Shown here piece by piece: positions 1-9,245 of a stretch of 64,000 bases of DNA. The notes under the pieces are model-generated. The model did not search any database. It was not told where the DNA came from and was given only the letters and a program-made list of their open reading frames with translations. Both the position numbers and the translations under genes were made by a program. Source of the DNA: a virus; the IMG/VR virus record IMGVR_UViG_3300025929_000014, positions 41,787 through 105,786 of that record; one strand, written 5' to 3'. The stretch's first letter is position 1. Each line of letters starts with the position of its first letter.

Positions 1-54
1 TTGAATGTTGACGGGTGTTGACCCAACCCCCAGTATGGTATCCAACGGCCTCGC

Positions 55-83
55 TTGACAGGTTGAGATGGATGAAATAGAGT
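55..83 (+). promoter_or_regulatory. Sigma70-type early promoter
   Basis: TTGACA (55-60), 17-nt spacer, TAGAGT (78-83); GGAGG SD and ATG at 100 follow. Confidence 0.75.
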
Positions 84-99
84 GTAGTGGAGGTGATAT

Positions 100-1176
100 A
101 TGAAAATGGAAGCCATGGCCCGTAATCTGGTGCCGATCTTAACGCAACTCAAACCCTTAACCAAAGCGGATAGTAAGACGGCGAATCAGTATGTGTTCTT
201 TCGCCCATCGCCCGACGATCCGAATGGCACCATCCTGGTCAGCGCGACCAATGGCCATGTCTTCGCACAGTGCGCGCTCGACGGGCGAGTCGAGGGTCTG
301 CTGGCGGTGTTGCTCGCCGATCTGCTGCCCATCGTGCGCGCGTCGTCTAGCGTTACGGTGTGCCAGCTGGACTGGACGGCAGAGAAGCTCTCGGCGAGTA
401 TCCAGTGCGGCCGAACCACAGGACACATTAAAGCGCTTGCCGAACCAGCGCTCTCGCTCTCCGCACGGCCGCAGGTGCCGGCGACGCATGCCGTCGTGCC
501 CGACGCGAGCTATTTCGGCGCCGCCATCACGTCCACGCTGAAGGCGTTGCCGGCTGCCGAGCAGCTGCGCATCACCGTCGAGCACCATGGCTACCAAATC
601 GTAGCCGACTCCCGGCCGGCGCGGGTAGTGCATGGCGATCAACAGGGCGCTCCCATTACGCTCGCGTCGTCGGTTGCCGGGCTCTTTGCCGGTCAGCTCT
701 TTATGGGTCCGGCGCTCGTTGGCTGGGGCGAGGGGTATGTGCTGGCCACATCCCGGAGCGATCCAGATCTGTGGGTGGCGGCCACCCGATTGCCTGACCT
801 GGAGCCGCGCCTCCTCTTACTCCCGGATGCCAATGCGCAGCCGGCCGCCACCATGCAGGCAGAGGCTCTCCTGGATGCCCTGCAGGCGTTAGAGCGCGCC
901 GATCAGGAGTATGTGCTTCTGCAGTTTAACGTGCATGGCGCGGACGATATGCTGCGCGTGCGGCGCATCGACGGCCAACTGGTTTCCTCCCTCGACTGCC
1001 GCATCAAGGAGCGCACCGAGCGGTCAGCGCTCCTGCACGCGCCGACGCTCCTGGCCTGGCTGAAAACCCTGCCCCGCTACATGCAGATCGACTACTGGCC
1101 GGACTTCGCCTCGCATTATGTCGTGTTCCGGTGTGTCGATGCCCCGCTCACCCTTGCGCTCGCCATCTGTAGCTAA
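100..1176 (+). CDS. DNA polymerase III beta-clamp-like protein
   Basis: 358 aa (clamp size); LVSATNGHVFA resembles the clamp ATDGHRL motif; strong SD. Confidence 0.55.
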   Translation: MKMEAMARNLVPILTQLKPLTKADSKTANQYVFFRPSPDDPNGTILVSATNGHVFAQCALDGRVEGLLAVLLADLLPIVRASSSVTVCQLDWTAEKLSASIQCGRTTGHIKALAEPALSLSARPQVPATHAVVPDASYFGAAITSTLKALPAAEQLRITVEHHGYQIVADSRPARVVHGDQQGAPITLASSVAGLFAGQLFMGPALVGWGEGYVLATSRSDPDLWVAATRLPDLEPRLLLLPDANAQPAATMQAEALLDALQALERADQEYVLLQFNVHGADDMLRVRRIDGQLVSSLDCRIKERTERSALLHAPTLLAWLKTLPRYMQIDYWPDFASHYVVFRCVDAPLTLALAICS

Positions 1177-1187
1177 AGGAGAATGTT

Positions 1188-1547
1188 ATGTCAATAGCCG
1201 ACCGCTTGGCGCTGATTGCCGGCGAAATCTCCGCCACTGACAGGGACCTGCACCTACGCGATTTATCGATCATCGAGCGCGCCACCGACGATATCCAGCG
1301 CGCTATTCTCGTGCGGCGCACGCAGCTGGTCGCTGCCCAGAATGCCGATCCTTCCGGCGTGAAGCGCTGCGTCCACCCCATCGAATATCGCAGCTGGACG
1401 GATATGGAGCCCTATGGTCCTCCCAACGAGCATCGCGTGCGCCTGCATTATCAGTGCCATCTCTGCATGGTTCACGCCGATACGCTGACCGCAGCCGATA
1501 GTCCGATGGCTGACAAGGTACGCGAGTTTCTCAGGGATACTCAATAA
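1188..1547 (+). CDS. Hypothetical protein with CxH/CxxC
   Basis: AAGGAG SD; TAATG coupling to next gene. Confidence 0.7.
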   Translation: MSIADRLALIAGEISATDRDLHLRDLSIIERATDDIQRAILVRRTQLVAAQNADPSGVKRCVHPIEYRSWTDMEPYGPPNEHRVRLHYQCHLCMVHADTLTAADSPMADKVREFLRDTQ

Positions 1548-2920
1548 TGCAGCTGCGTGCCTATCAGCAAGAGGCCGTCCAGTGGCTCCTCGCCCGCAAG
1601 GGCAGGGGCATCCTGGCCTACGATATGGGGCTCGGCAAGACTCCCACTACGCTTTCCGCCATCGCCCAGATGCGCCAGGGCCGAGTGCTCATCTTCGCCC
1701 CGAAGATCGCCTGCGGGGTCTGGCTCCGGGAGGCCGCACAGTGGCTGCCCGCCTGGCCCCAGCTGCTCTACGCCGGCACCAAGAAGGAGCGTGATGGTAT
1801 CTGGCAGCAGTATCTCCAATCAGGCGGTCTCTTGATCACAAACTATCAGATGGCGAAGGAGCTGGTAGAGCGTCAGGCCGTCTGGCCGGTGGTGGTCTGC
1901 GATGAAAGCCACCTGTTGCGTAATCGCAAGACCGGAATGTTTAAGGCCGTCAACTCATTTCGGTCGGGCGCCATGGTGCTGCTCACCGGCTCGCCCATCA
2001 TGAACCATCCCACCGATCTCTGGACACAGCTGAAGCTCATCGCTCCCAAGGAGTTCAGCTCCTTCTGGCGCTTCGCGCAGGAGCACTGCGAGGTCAATCA
2101 GGGCTTCTTCGGCTGGGAGATAGGCGATATCAAGACGCCCGAACACACACAACAAGCGCTCAAGCCCTATGTACTGCGCAAGACGAAGGAGGAGGTGCTC
2201 ACCGAGCTGCCGCCCAAGATTCGCCAGACCATCCCATTCCCCCTGGCCCCAGGCCAGCGCATGCTCTACGACGACCTGGCCGATGACCTGATGGCCACCA
2301 TTGCCTCCATGGAGGGCACAGATATGCTGCTGGCGCCCAACGTGATCGCCAAGATTACCCGGCTCCGTCAGATCTGCGTCACGCCGATTCTCGTGGGTGA
2401 TATCCATTCCAGCGCTATGTTCGATGCCCTGGCGGAGTATGCGGCATCCGACTTCGATGCCGGCCGGCCGATTCTGGTCTTCACGCCGTTCGCCGAAGCC
2501 CTGGATGCCATTCAGGAGCGGCTCCAGCCGCTCTGCGGCGAGCATATCTATCGCATCCAGGGCGGCATGTCCTCCAGGGACACCAACGAGCAGGTGGAGG
2601 GGTTTCAGCGCGATCTCTTCGACGCCAGGGCGTTGCTCTGTACGGTCGGTGTCGGTAGCTCATTCACCGCAACGGCCGCCAAGAGCGTCTACTTCATGGG
2701 CAGCGCCTGGAATCCTGCCCAGAACCTGCAATGCGAGGATCGCGCGCATCGCCTGGGCCAGAAGGGGTCTGTCGTGGTGCGCTACCTGGTCGGTGAGAAC
2801 ACCATCGACGAGCACATCCTGGCCACGTTGGATCGTAAAACGACCTGGGCTGCTCTTGCTTTAGACCCCAAGATGTTGCTGCGTCCGGCAGCCGAGCGCG
2901 TACAGCGCTTTGTCAGTTAG
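1547..2920 (+). CDS. SNF2-family (SF2) helicase/ATPase
   Basis: LRAYQ, DMGLGKT (Walker A), DESH, LTGSP, WNPAQNLQCEDRAHRLGQ (motif VI). Confidence 0.93.
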   Translation: MQLRAYQQEAVQWLLARKGRGILAYDMGLGKTPTTLSAIAQMRQGRVLIFAPKIACGVWLREAAQWLPAWPQLLYAGTKKERDGIWQQYLQSGGLLITNYQMAKELVERQAVWPVVVCDESHLLRNRKTGMFKAVNSFRSGAMVLLTGSPIMNHPTDLWTQLKLIAPKEFSSFWRFAQEHCEVNQGFFGWEIGDIKTPEHTQQALKPYVLRKTKEEVLTELPPKIRQTIPFPLAPGQRMLYDDLADDLMATIASMEGTDMLLAPNVIAKITRLRQICVTPILVGDIHSSAMFDALAEYAASDFDAGRPILVFTPFAEALDAIQERLQPLCGEHIYRIQGGMSSRDTNEQVEGFQRDLFDARALLCTVGVGSSFTATAAKSVYFMGSAWNPAQNLQCEDRAHRLGQKGSVVVRYLVGENTIDEHILATLDRKTTWAALALDPKMLLRPAAERVQRFVS

Positions 2921-2927
2921 GAGCGGT

Positions 2928-3149
2928 ATGGAAGAAATCACAGCGAACATTTATCGGTGGACGGCGAAGGAGGCGCAGCTCATCGCCACCAGACACCTGC
3001 ACGGCATACCGCATGTGGGCGACAGCATTACGTTCTCCGGCTTTATCGAGGGGAGCGCCAACTGGATTGTAGAGCATGTGGAGCATATGGTGGGGGGGCA
3101 CCAAGTCCATTGCGCACACGTATCACGTACTCAGCATCTATGTACATAA
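2928..3149 (+). CDS. Hypothetical protein
   Basis: AGGAG SD before ATG 2928; IPHVGD motif typical of small phage beta proteins. Confidence 0.6.
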   Translation: MEEITANIYRWTAKEAQLIATRHLHGIPHVGDSITFSGFIEGSANWIVEHVEHMVGGHQVHCAHVSRTQHLCT

Positions 3150-3172
3150 ACCAGGAGAGGAACAAGCATTGT

Positions 3173-3394
3173 ATGACCGCACAACCTACTGATCAAGAAG
3201 AGGTTCGCCGCAAGGTCCGCCTCGCCCATGAAGCGGTGCTGGCAGCCGGCCAGGCGCTCTGCGCCTGCGGCATGTGGACGATGGCCGACACTATCCGCTT
3301 TGCGGCTGAAGTCCTGGAGCGCATGGGTACGGACATGAACCAGTACGAGAAGGTGCGTCTGCGCCGGCAGCAGGAGGCAATCGTCAATGGATGA
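3173..3394 (+). CDS. Hypothetical protein
   Basis: AGGAGAGG upstream; overlaps start of next gene. Confidence 0.55.
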   Translation: MTAQPTDQEEVRRKVRLAHEAVLAAGQALCACGMWTMADTIRFAAEVLERMGTDMNQYEKVRLRRQQEAIVNG

Positions 3395-3611
3395 ATATTC
3401 GACGTGGATTCTCGAAACCGATGACCTGGCCGCGAAGATGAACCAGTTGGCGAATGACTGCTGGCATCCAGTATTCATGGCGCCGCAACAATGGCTAGAG
3501 GAGTATGGACAGGGCGTCGTCGTCTGTGCCTATACCGTGATCTTCTCTCGCCCGCGTCCTATCCCTGTCCCGCCCAAGCCGAAGCGAGAGGTCAAGCCGC
3601 ATGGTCGTTAG
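3387..3611 (+). CDS. Hypothetical protein
   Basis: GGAGG SD; tightly packed in operon. Confidence 0.65.
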   Translation: MDEYSTWILETDDLAAKMNQLANDCWHPVFMAPQQWLEEYGQGVVVCAYTVIFSRPRPIPVPPKPKREVKPHGR

Positions 3612-4014
3612 GGCTCCAGAGGACTCTTATTATAGAGCTGCGAGAGGCGAGGAACCGATGTTAGTTCCCGGTGGCGTTATCGAGAAACTAGATAGGAATA
3701 TAGACGCTATCCTTGCGCTGATCCGGGCGCAAAACACGCAGATCGCTCGGCTGGAACTTGCGCAGGTGCCGGCCGCTCAAGCGCTGCCGAATGCTTTACT
3801 ACCCAAGCTGGATTCCCTCATCGACCGTGTGGAGCAGCAGGAACAGGAGTACGGCTATTTGGTGCAGGCGGTCTCTTTGCGCCGGCTGATTCTGGCTCGC
3901 GCCAGCCAGGAGGCGCTTGATCGCCTGGTTATCAGGCTGCCGACCGTCATCATGGTCTCGTTTCTGAGCCTGTTGACGTTTGTGCTGGGGCTCATTGCCC
4001 TCATTGTCGTTTAG
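3601..4014 (+). CDS. Coiled-coil protein with C-terminal TM helix
   Basis: Hydrophobic C-terminus VIMVSFLSLLTFVLGLIALIVV; GAGG SD. Confidence 0.65.
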   Translation: MVVRAPEDSYYRAARGEEPMLVPGGVIEKLDRNIDAILALIRAQNTQIARLELAQVPAAQALPNALLPKLDSLIDRVEQQEQEYGYLVQAVSLRRLILARASQEALDRLVIRLPTVIMVSFLSLLTFVLGLIALIVV

Positions 4015-4024
4015 GGAGGTAGAG

Positions 4025-4327
4025 ATGTTAGATAAACCTTATGGCTCCGAGTTTGGCTTGTCCGGTAACTACACGGCTCCGACCTTTATGGAACCCAGTT
4101 GGAGCTTCGCCGAACTGGTGCGCATCGAGCTGGAGCGCGCTCGCATGAAGCACGGCAACGCGCCCTTCCATTCCCTACACGAGGGCTACGCCATCATCCT
4201 GGAGGAGATTGACGAGCTGTGGGCGGAGATCAAACAGCAGTCGCCACAGATTGCGCGGTTGCGCATGGAAGCCATTCAGGCGGCCGCCATGTTGCAGCGC
4301 TTCGTCGAAGATCTGGGGCTGCTGTAA
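4025..4327 (+). CDS. MazG-like all-alpha NTP pyrophosphatase-type protein
   Basis: GGGAGGT SD; ELERAR..HEGYAIILEEIDELW..EAIQAAAM pattern. Confidence 0.55.
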   Translation: MLDKPYGSEFGLSGNYTAPTFMEPSWSFAELVRIELERARMKHGNAPFHSLHEGYAIILEEIDELWAEIKQQSPQIARLRMEAIQAAAMLQRFVEDLGLL

Positions 4328-4638
4328 TGATGGAAGAAGATATCGTCATCGATCAGCTCAAGGAGCATATTTACGGGCTGGTGGCAGAGCTGAAGCTGGC
4401 CACGAGTCCTATCTATACCGTGAACCTGCTGCATGAATTGGAGTCGTCGTCCGCGTCGCTCCGCTATGCCCTGCATGATACGGTGCGGACGGAGAAGCTC
4501 GCCAGGACGCTCTATGAGACCGATCCGACGCGCGATGTGGATTGGTTCCAGCTGCCGGAGTCGGCGCGTGTGCAGCTGCGCGCGCACGCCACTTCGCTTA
4601 TCGCGCACTATGATGTTTTAGAGAAGATCAATGACTGA
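4327..4638 (+). CDS. Hypothetical protein
   Basis: TAATG coupling to upstream gene. Confidence 0.65.
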   Translation: MMEEDIVIDQLKEHIYGLVAELKLATSPIYTVNLLHELESSSASLRYALHDTVRTEKLARTLYETDPTRDVDWFQLPESARVQLRAHATSLIAHYDVLEKIND

Positions 4639-4948
4639 GGCAGATATTGCGCAGGCTACTGCCCTCTATCTAGCGGGGATGTCGCAGGCCAAGATCGGAA
4701 AGAAGTTGCACTATGCAGCAACTACTATCTCGCGTAACCTGCGGCTTGCCGGCGTGGCCACCAAGCGGCCCAACCCGCTCCGGGCACAACAGGCGCGCGA
4801 CTTGCGCGTCCAGCACCGGAAGATGACCTGGGACGCTATCGCGCTGGCGGTTGGCTATGCCAATGGTCCCACAGCGCGCACGTCTGTCGCGCGTACCCTG
4901 GGCGCCGTCCCCTCTCGCCGTAACCTGAAAGTAAGGAATGCCGCATGA
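4631..4948 (+). CDS. Protein with two HTH-like motifs
   Basis: GMSQAKIGKKLHYAATTISRNL and MTWDAIALAVGY. Confidence 0.7.
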   Translation: MTEADIAQATALYLAGMSQAKIGKKLHYAATTISRNLRLAGVATKRPNPLRAQQARDLRVQHRKMTWDAIALAVGYANGPTARTSVARTLGAVPSRRNLKVRNAA

Positions 4949-5100
4949 AGACGACACGCACGATCATTGAAGCCTTACTGGACTGTCTGACGGATCGCGC
5001 TGGGTTTGACGCCTGGTGGGATGAGATTCCCGACGAGATCCAGTGCGACATCAAGGACGACCTGCAGGAAGTCCTGGAGGAGGAACTGGCCTATGACTAA
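4945..5100 (+). CDS. Small acidic hypothetical protein (51 aa, not in ORF track)
   Basis: ATGA overlap with upstream gene; AAGGA SD; MKTTRTIIEALLDCLTDRAGFDAWWDEIPDEIQ... Confidence 0.65.
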   Translation: MKTTRTIIEALLDCLTDRAGFDAWWDEIPDEIQCDIKDDLQEVLEEELAYD

Positions 5101-5142
5101 GCCATGTACGCGAGGCGCTTGTATTCGGGAGGAGCTGTAAAG

Positions 5143-5364
5143 ATGTTCCGCACACCGAAGGAACTCGCGCTCCGCTATGCGCGTGAATTAGACCGGCGTC
5201 TGGAGAGCGAGAACTATCACTCGCTGTCCGGCGTCCATGAGGCGCTGTGCAACCTGCTGCTGATAGAGCTGGTGCTGGAGCAGGAAACTCTCCATATCAT
5301 GCGGGAGATTAGCGAGCGTGGCGGCCTGACCAATCTGGAGAACTGGGAGCGGAACAATGGCTGA
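5143..5364 (+). CDS. Hypothetical protein
   Basis: GGAGGAG SD before ATG 5143. Confidence 0.6.
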   Translation: MFRTPKELALRYARELDRRLESENYHSLSGVHEALCNLLLIELVLEQETLHIMREISERGGLTNLENWERNNG

Positions 5365-5773
5365 GATCGCCTGGGAGTGGAAGCCCAAGCTCGGCCTGCA
5401 CCATGGAGTCCTCGATGGCACCATTCGCGTAGCAGTCTTCAAGGTCGGCAGCCACTACGAGTGGAAGGTCTTCACGCCGGATGACTCGGCAATCGAGCAG
5501 TCCGGCGAGAAGCCGAATCTCAAGGAAGCCAAGCGAGCAGCCGAAAACTGGCTCAACAAGCCGGAGCCAGAGCATCTCCAGTGCTGTATCTGCGGCGGGG
5601 AGATGGTTACTCGCATCGAATGGCGTGGACCACGCTATACGTTTTGGGTCTCGCATGTACCGGGCGCCGTTGAGTTGCAGGTCGTGGGCGGGAGGCTCTT
5701 TAACCTGGGCTATCGCTGCGCCGCGTGTTGCGACAAGCACAAGGCGGAGCAGCACGATGCCCAGCATGCGTGA
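5357..5773 (+). CDS. Hypothetical protein with C-terminal zinc ribbon
   Basis: CCIC...CAACC; GGAG SD. Confidence 0.65.
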   Translation: MAEIAWEWKPKLGLHHGVLDGTIRVAVFKVGSHYEWKVFTPDDSAIEQSGEKPNLKEAKRAAENWLNKPEPEHLQCCICGGEMVTRIEWRGPRYTFWVSHVPGAVELQVVGGRLFNLGYRCAACCDKHKAEQHDAQHA

Positions 5774-5957
5774 GCTGCGTATCGCCGCCGCCCGCCAAGG
5801 GTGGCGGGTGCGCAAGACAAACGGCAGCCATTTCCAGTTCGTGCCCGCCGATCCGGCACAGCGCCCTGTCTATGCCGCCAGCACGCCGTCCGACCAACGC
5901 GCGCTGTCCAATGTGCTCGCCGACTTGCGGCGATCCGGCTTTCGCTGGCCTATTTGA
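5757..5957 (+). CDS. HicA-like mRNA interferase family protein
   Basis: 66 aa; GWRVRKTNGSHFQF (GSH catalytic motif); TPSDQRALSN..LRRSG tail typical of phage HicA-like proteins. Confidence 0.75.
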   Translation: MPSMRELRIAAARQGWRVRKTNGSHFQFVPADPAQRPVYAASTPSDQRALSNVLADLRRSGFRWPI

Positions 5958-6414
5958 GCAGCCGCTTTGCTGCACGCCCGATGGCATCCTCGTCCGGTCG
6001 GATGTTGATGTTCCAGGTGTTATTGGCCAGCCAGCAGTAGGTCGTGTCCGTCGGATAGTTCTCCAGGCAGCCGGTGGCGAAGAAGGCATAGGCGATATAG
6101 TCGCTGCGCAGCTTCCCTTCGGCATTGACAAAGCGCTGCTCGTTCCGGGTCTTCGGCGCCGGTAGTATCGGCGGATCCTCATTCATAAAATAGGCGCAGG
6201 TGGTGGAGACCGCCTGCGCTTCCTGTTCTAGGGTGTAGCGGGTAGGGCCTCCCCGCCAGTCGTGCATGGCATGGAAGAGCTGGTACGAGGCAATGCCGCA
6301 GCCCTGTATCGCCGCCTCGTAGCGGTTGATGAATTGCTGCGCGTGTGATGATTTCGCCTGTGCCGGCAGTGCGCCGAGCAGCAGTAGTAGGCAGAGAACG
6401 CTCGCTAGTTTCAT
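5950..6414 (-). CDS. Secreted Cys-containing hypothetical protein
   Basis: AAGGA SD; signal peptide MKLASVLCLLLLLGALPAQA; only reverse gene in early arm. Confidence 0.75.
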   Translation of the reverse strand: MKLASVLCLLLLLGALPAQAKSSHAQQFINRYEAAIQGCGIASYQLFHAMHDWRGGPTRYTLEQEAQAVSTTCAYFMNEDPPILPAPKTRNEQRFVNAEGKLRSDYIAYAFFATGCLENYPTDTTYCWLANNTWNINIRPDEDAIGRAAKRLLK

Positions 6415-6434
6415 GGTGTATTCCTTTCCGGCCC

Positions 6435-6463
6435 AGTATGGCAGGTTTTTCAGGAGACCGCAA
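6435..6463 (-). promoter_or_regulatory. Putative promoter for the reverse-strand secreted gene
   Basis: TTGCGG-17 nt-CATACT with extended TG. Confidence 0.45.
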
Positions 6464-6526
6464 ATGAAACTTGACAGCCCTCTGGGGTATCCCCCATCGT
6501 GGTGGCTATTGGGAAGGAGGCGTCCA

Positions 6527-6841
6527 ATGGAGTGTAAGGAGTTATGGGCGGACGCTGCCGACCGAGCGGTGGAAGATCCCGACTGCCTGCCGATACAGGT
6601 AAACGCCATTAGGTGGCGGGTAAAAGAGTATGCCGTAGTGTTCTTGGGGCCGCGCTGGCATGATTGGGCCTGTAGTTGTCCAGCTGGCGCGCATCCTGTG
6701 TGTAAGCATCGCGCGATGGTAGCCGCCATCGTCTGTCTCGCCGAAGCGGGAGATGGCCTCGCCATCTATCCCTGGGAAGAGGAGGTTGATTGGATGCAAC
6801 ATCCAGCGTATAGTAGGAGGGAGGGAATCCCTGTACGGTAA
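6527..6841 (+). CDS. SWIM zinc-finger protein
   Basis: WACSCPAGAHPVCKH (CxC..CxH); AAGGAGG SD. Confidence 0.8.
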   Translation: MECKELWADAADRAVEDPDCLPIQVNAIRWRVKEYAVVFLGPRWHDWACSCPAGAHPVCKHRAMVAAIVCLAEAGDGLAIYPWEEEVDWMQHPAYSRREGIPVR

Positions 6842-6859
6842 GAAGGAGCGTGGAAAAAC

Positions 6860-7108
6860 GTGGAGGAGCAGGTCAGACCAGACCCGAATCAACAACTGAG
6901 CGCGATGCAAGCCTCGCGCGTGATTGGCGTGACCCGCCAGGGGATCAACAAGCTCATCAGGGATGGGCGCCTGAAAGCCTCGCTGGTGGAGGCGCCCGGT
7001 CCCTATTACTACTACGTTATCCGGCGCGGCGACCTTGACCACTACGTGGCCAATCGGCGCAACGGATGGGGACAGCTGCCGCCAGACTACATCAGCTCGC
7101 TGGAGTAG
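6860..7108 (+). CDS. Excisionase/MerR-like helix-turn-helix DNA-binding protein
   Basis: LSAMQASRVIGVTRQGINKLIRDGRLKA...IRRGDLD. Confidence 0.85.
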   Translation: MEEQVRPDPNQQLSAMQASRVIGVTRQGINKLIRDGRLKASLVEAPGPYYYYVIRRGDLDHYVANRRNGWGQLPPDYISSLE

Positions 7109-7115
7109 GCTGCTG

Positions 7116-7146
7116 AGCGCCGTCCGTGACGGGGCGGCGCTTTTTC
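7116..7146 (+). terminator. Rho-independent terminator
   Basis: AGCGCCG..CGGCGCT GC stem followed by T-tract. Confidence 0.75.
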
Positions 7147-7172
7147 TCGCGCAAATTGCCCTGGATCAAATG

Positions 7173-7201
7173 TTGACATATAGATGAAAAACGGTTAGAG
7201 T
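7173..7201 (+). promoter_or_regulatory. Sigma70-type promoter for the recombination/replication operon
   Basis: TTGACA-17 nt-TAGAGT, same hexamers as the promoter at 55-83. Confidence 0.8.
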
Positions 7202-7228
7202 AGAGAAGCAGTGAGGAAAGGGGGAGAA

Positions 7229-8308
7229 ATGGACGAAACATTACCGGGCATTCGCCAGTCAGACATGGGCGCCTACCGCAAATGCCGGCGCTACTGGGAC
7301 TATACGTCCGCTCTGCGCCAGAACCTCCAGCCCGGTGGGCAGGCCATCATCCATTTCTGGTTCGGCACCGGTATGCACTTTGCGCTCGAAGATTTTCACG
7401 GCTTCAATCGCTTCGGCGACCCCCGCCATGCCTTCGCCGCCTATGTGGAAGCCACCCCAGAAGCGCAGCGTCCGCCCAAGTGGGAGGAATATGCCGAGCT
7501 GGCGCCATCCATGCTCGCCTACTATCTGGAGAGCTGGCTGCCGCAGCGCAGCGAATACGACACGCTCTGGGTAGCAGGAAAGCCGCAGCTGGAGGTCAGC
7601 TGGAAGCTGCCCCTGGCCGGTCTTGACCATCCGGTGTCGGGTACGTTCGACCGTCTGGTAACCGATCCCTACGGCCGGCTCTGGATCATGGACTGGAAGA
7701 TGATGGCCACTATCGAGACGGCCAAGCTGGACAACGACTTTCAGGTTACTACCTATTTATGGGCAGCCGAGCAACTCTACGGCAAGGTCGAGGGCCTGAT
7801 CTACGTGCAGTTCAAGAAGGTGGTGCCCAGAGGCCCGGAATGGCTGGAGAAGAGCGGGCGCTTTAGCATGGCGACCAGCGCGCCCGTTTCGTATGGCTCG
7901 TTTGTTGCATCCTTGAAACATCGCTTTGGCACTGTGCCGTCCGAGTATCAGGCGCATCTTAACAAGCTGGCGATGCTGGAGGATGGCGACGGCGACCTCT
8001 TTATCCGGCGCACGCTGGTGCGGCGCAACCGTAACGCGCTCACCCTGCACGGCCAGCACGTCACCGCCCAGGCCCGCGAGATGACCTATCCGCATCTGGC
8101 CATCTATCCCAATCCCACCAAGGACTGTGGCTACTGCCCGTTTCGGGCACCCTGCCTGGCCGCCGATGACGGCGCCGACGAGGCATATCTGCTCCAGGAA
8201 AACTTTGTGAGTAGGAATACCGCAGATGACTGGCGGGACCGCATCAAGTGGCCCGCCGCCAAAGGGGGTGATGTCAATCTACCCGCAGCTCAATTAGCCG
8301 TCGTGTAA
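7229..8308 (+). CDS. Cas4/RecB-like PD-(D/E)xK exonuclease with Fe-S cysteines
   Basis: CRRYW, GTGMH..LE, SGTFDRL..IMDWK, Q..TY, CGYCPFRAPC. Confidence 0.85.
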   Translation: MDETLPGIRQSDMGAYRKCRRYWDYTSALRQNLQPGGQAIIHFWFGTGMHFALEDFHGFNRFGDPRHAFAAYVEATPEAQRPPKWEEYAELAPSMLAYYLESWLPQRSEYDTLWVAGKPQLEVSWKLPLAGLDHPVSGTFDRLVTDPYGRLWIMDWKMMATIETAKLDNDFQVTTYLWAAEQLYGKVEGLIYVQFKKVVPRGPEWLEKSGRFSMATSAPVSYGSFVASLKHRFGTVPSEYQAHLNKLAMLEDGDGDLFIRRTLVRRNRNALTLHGQHVTAQAREMTYPHLAIYPNPTKDCGYCPFRAPCLAADDGADEAYLLQENFVSRNTADDWRDRIKWPAAKGGDVNLPAAQLAVV

Positions 8309-8322
8309 TGAAAGGAACAGCA

Positions 8323-9243
8323 ATGACCACAGAAGCTCCGCCGCTCCCGCCGCCGCCCATAGCGGTGGTAGCGCCCGCACCGCCCATAGCAGCGACCGCG
8401 CCTCCCTTGCCGGCTGCAGCGCCGGCACCCATCCAGCGTCCCTTTACCATCGTGCAGGAAGGCGCGAATCCCAGCGCCTCCGGCCCGCTCAAGATGATGG
8501 TCTATGGCACCTACGGCTCCGGCAAGACTTATCTCGCCGGCACCGCTCAGCAGGTCGAGCAGATGCGCGACGTGCTCTACCTGGACGTGGAGGGTGGCTC
8601 GCGCACCCTGGTCGGGCGGGGCATCGACCGTATACCCTGCCAGAACTTCACCACGCTCAACTGGATTAAGGAGTGGCTCATCCGCCACGCCCAGCTCCGG
8701 GAAGCCGGCAACATCGACGGGCTGCGCAACTGGCAGTCGCAGGTGACCGGTAGCGTGCCGGACCAGCCGCGCCAGTACCGAACGATCATCATCGACTCTC
8801 TCTCCGAGCTGGCCAAGCTGCTGCTGCTCGAACTCTCTGGAGTGAAGATCGGCGCCTCTCACCTGGATGCGCAGATCGATAATCCGCAGAGCGAGGAGTG
8901 GGGGCAGCTCTCTGCCCGCATCAGTCTCCTCGTTCGTACCTTCGTGAACCTGCCGTTCCATATCATCTTCGTGGCGTCGGCCGTCGAGAAGGAAGATGAG
9001 GTCAAGCGCCGCTTCTTCCAGCCGAACTTCAACGGCAAGATGGCGAAGGATGTGCAGGGTTTCCTGGACTGCGTGGCCTACCTCGCCGTGCAGCACAACG
9101 AGGCCGGCGAATCTCAGCGCGTGCTGTCGCTGACGCCGGGCCGCAACTATGACGCCAAGCACCGCTTCACCGGCGCCACCAAAACGCAGATCGCCAACCC
9201 GTCGATGGCCGATATCTTCGCATTGCATACAGGAGGCAAATAA
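8323..9243 (+). CDS. Sak4-like/AAA_24 P-loop ATPase (single-strand annealing)
   Basis: YGTYGSGKT Walker A, LDVEGG, IIIDSLSEL Walker B, AKHRF; lies between nuclease and SSB-like gene. Confidence 0.85.
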   Translation: MTTEAPPLPPPPIAVVAPAPPIAATAPPLPAAAPAPIQRPFTIVQEGANPSASGPLKMMVYGTYGSGKTYLAGTAQQVEQMRDVLYLDVEGGSRTLVGRGIDRIPCQNFTTLNWIKEWLIRHAQLREAGNIDGLRNWQSQVTGSVPDQPRQYRTIIIDSLSELAKLLLLELSGVKIGASHLDAQIDNPQSEEWGQLSARISLLVRTFVNLPFHIIFVASAVEKEDEVKRRFFQPNFNGKMAKDVQGFLDCVAYLAVQHNEAGESQRVLSLTPGRNYDAKHRFTGATKTQIANPSMADIFALHTGGK

Positions 9244-9245
9244 CT

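Noticed and set aside
6471-6500. Promoter at TTGACA 6471
   Set aside because: No acceptable -10 hexamer at 16-18 nt spacing
6860-7108. Evidence of lysogeny from the excisionase-like HTH
   Set aside because: No integrase, repressor pair or att site recognisable in the window; this HTH family is common in non-integrating contexts
7229-8308. Cas4 as part of a CRISPR-Cas system
   Set aside because: No repeat-spacer array or other cas genes seen; context is the nuclease-Sak4-SSB recombination module
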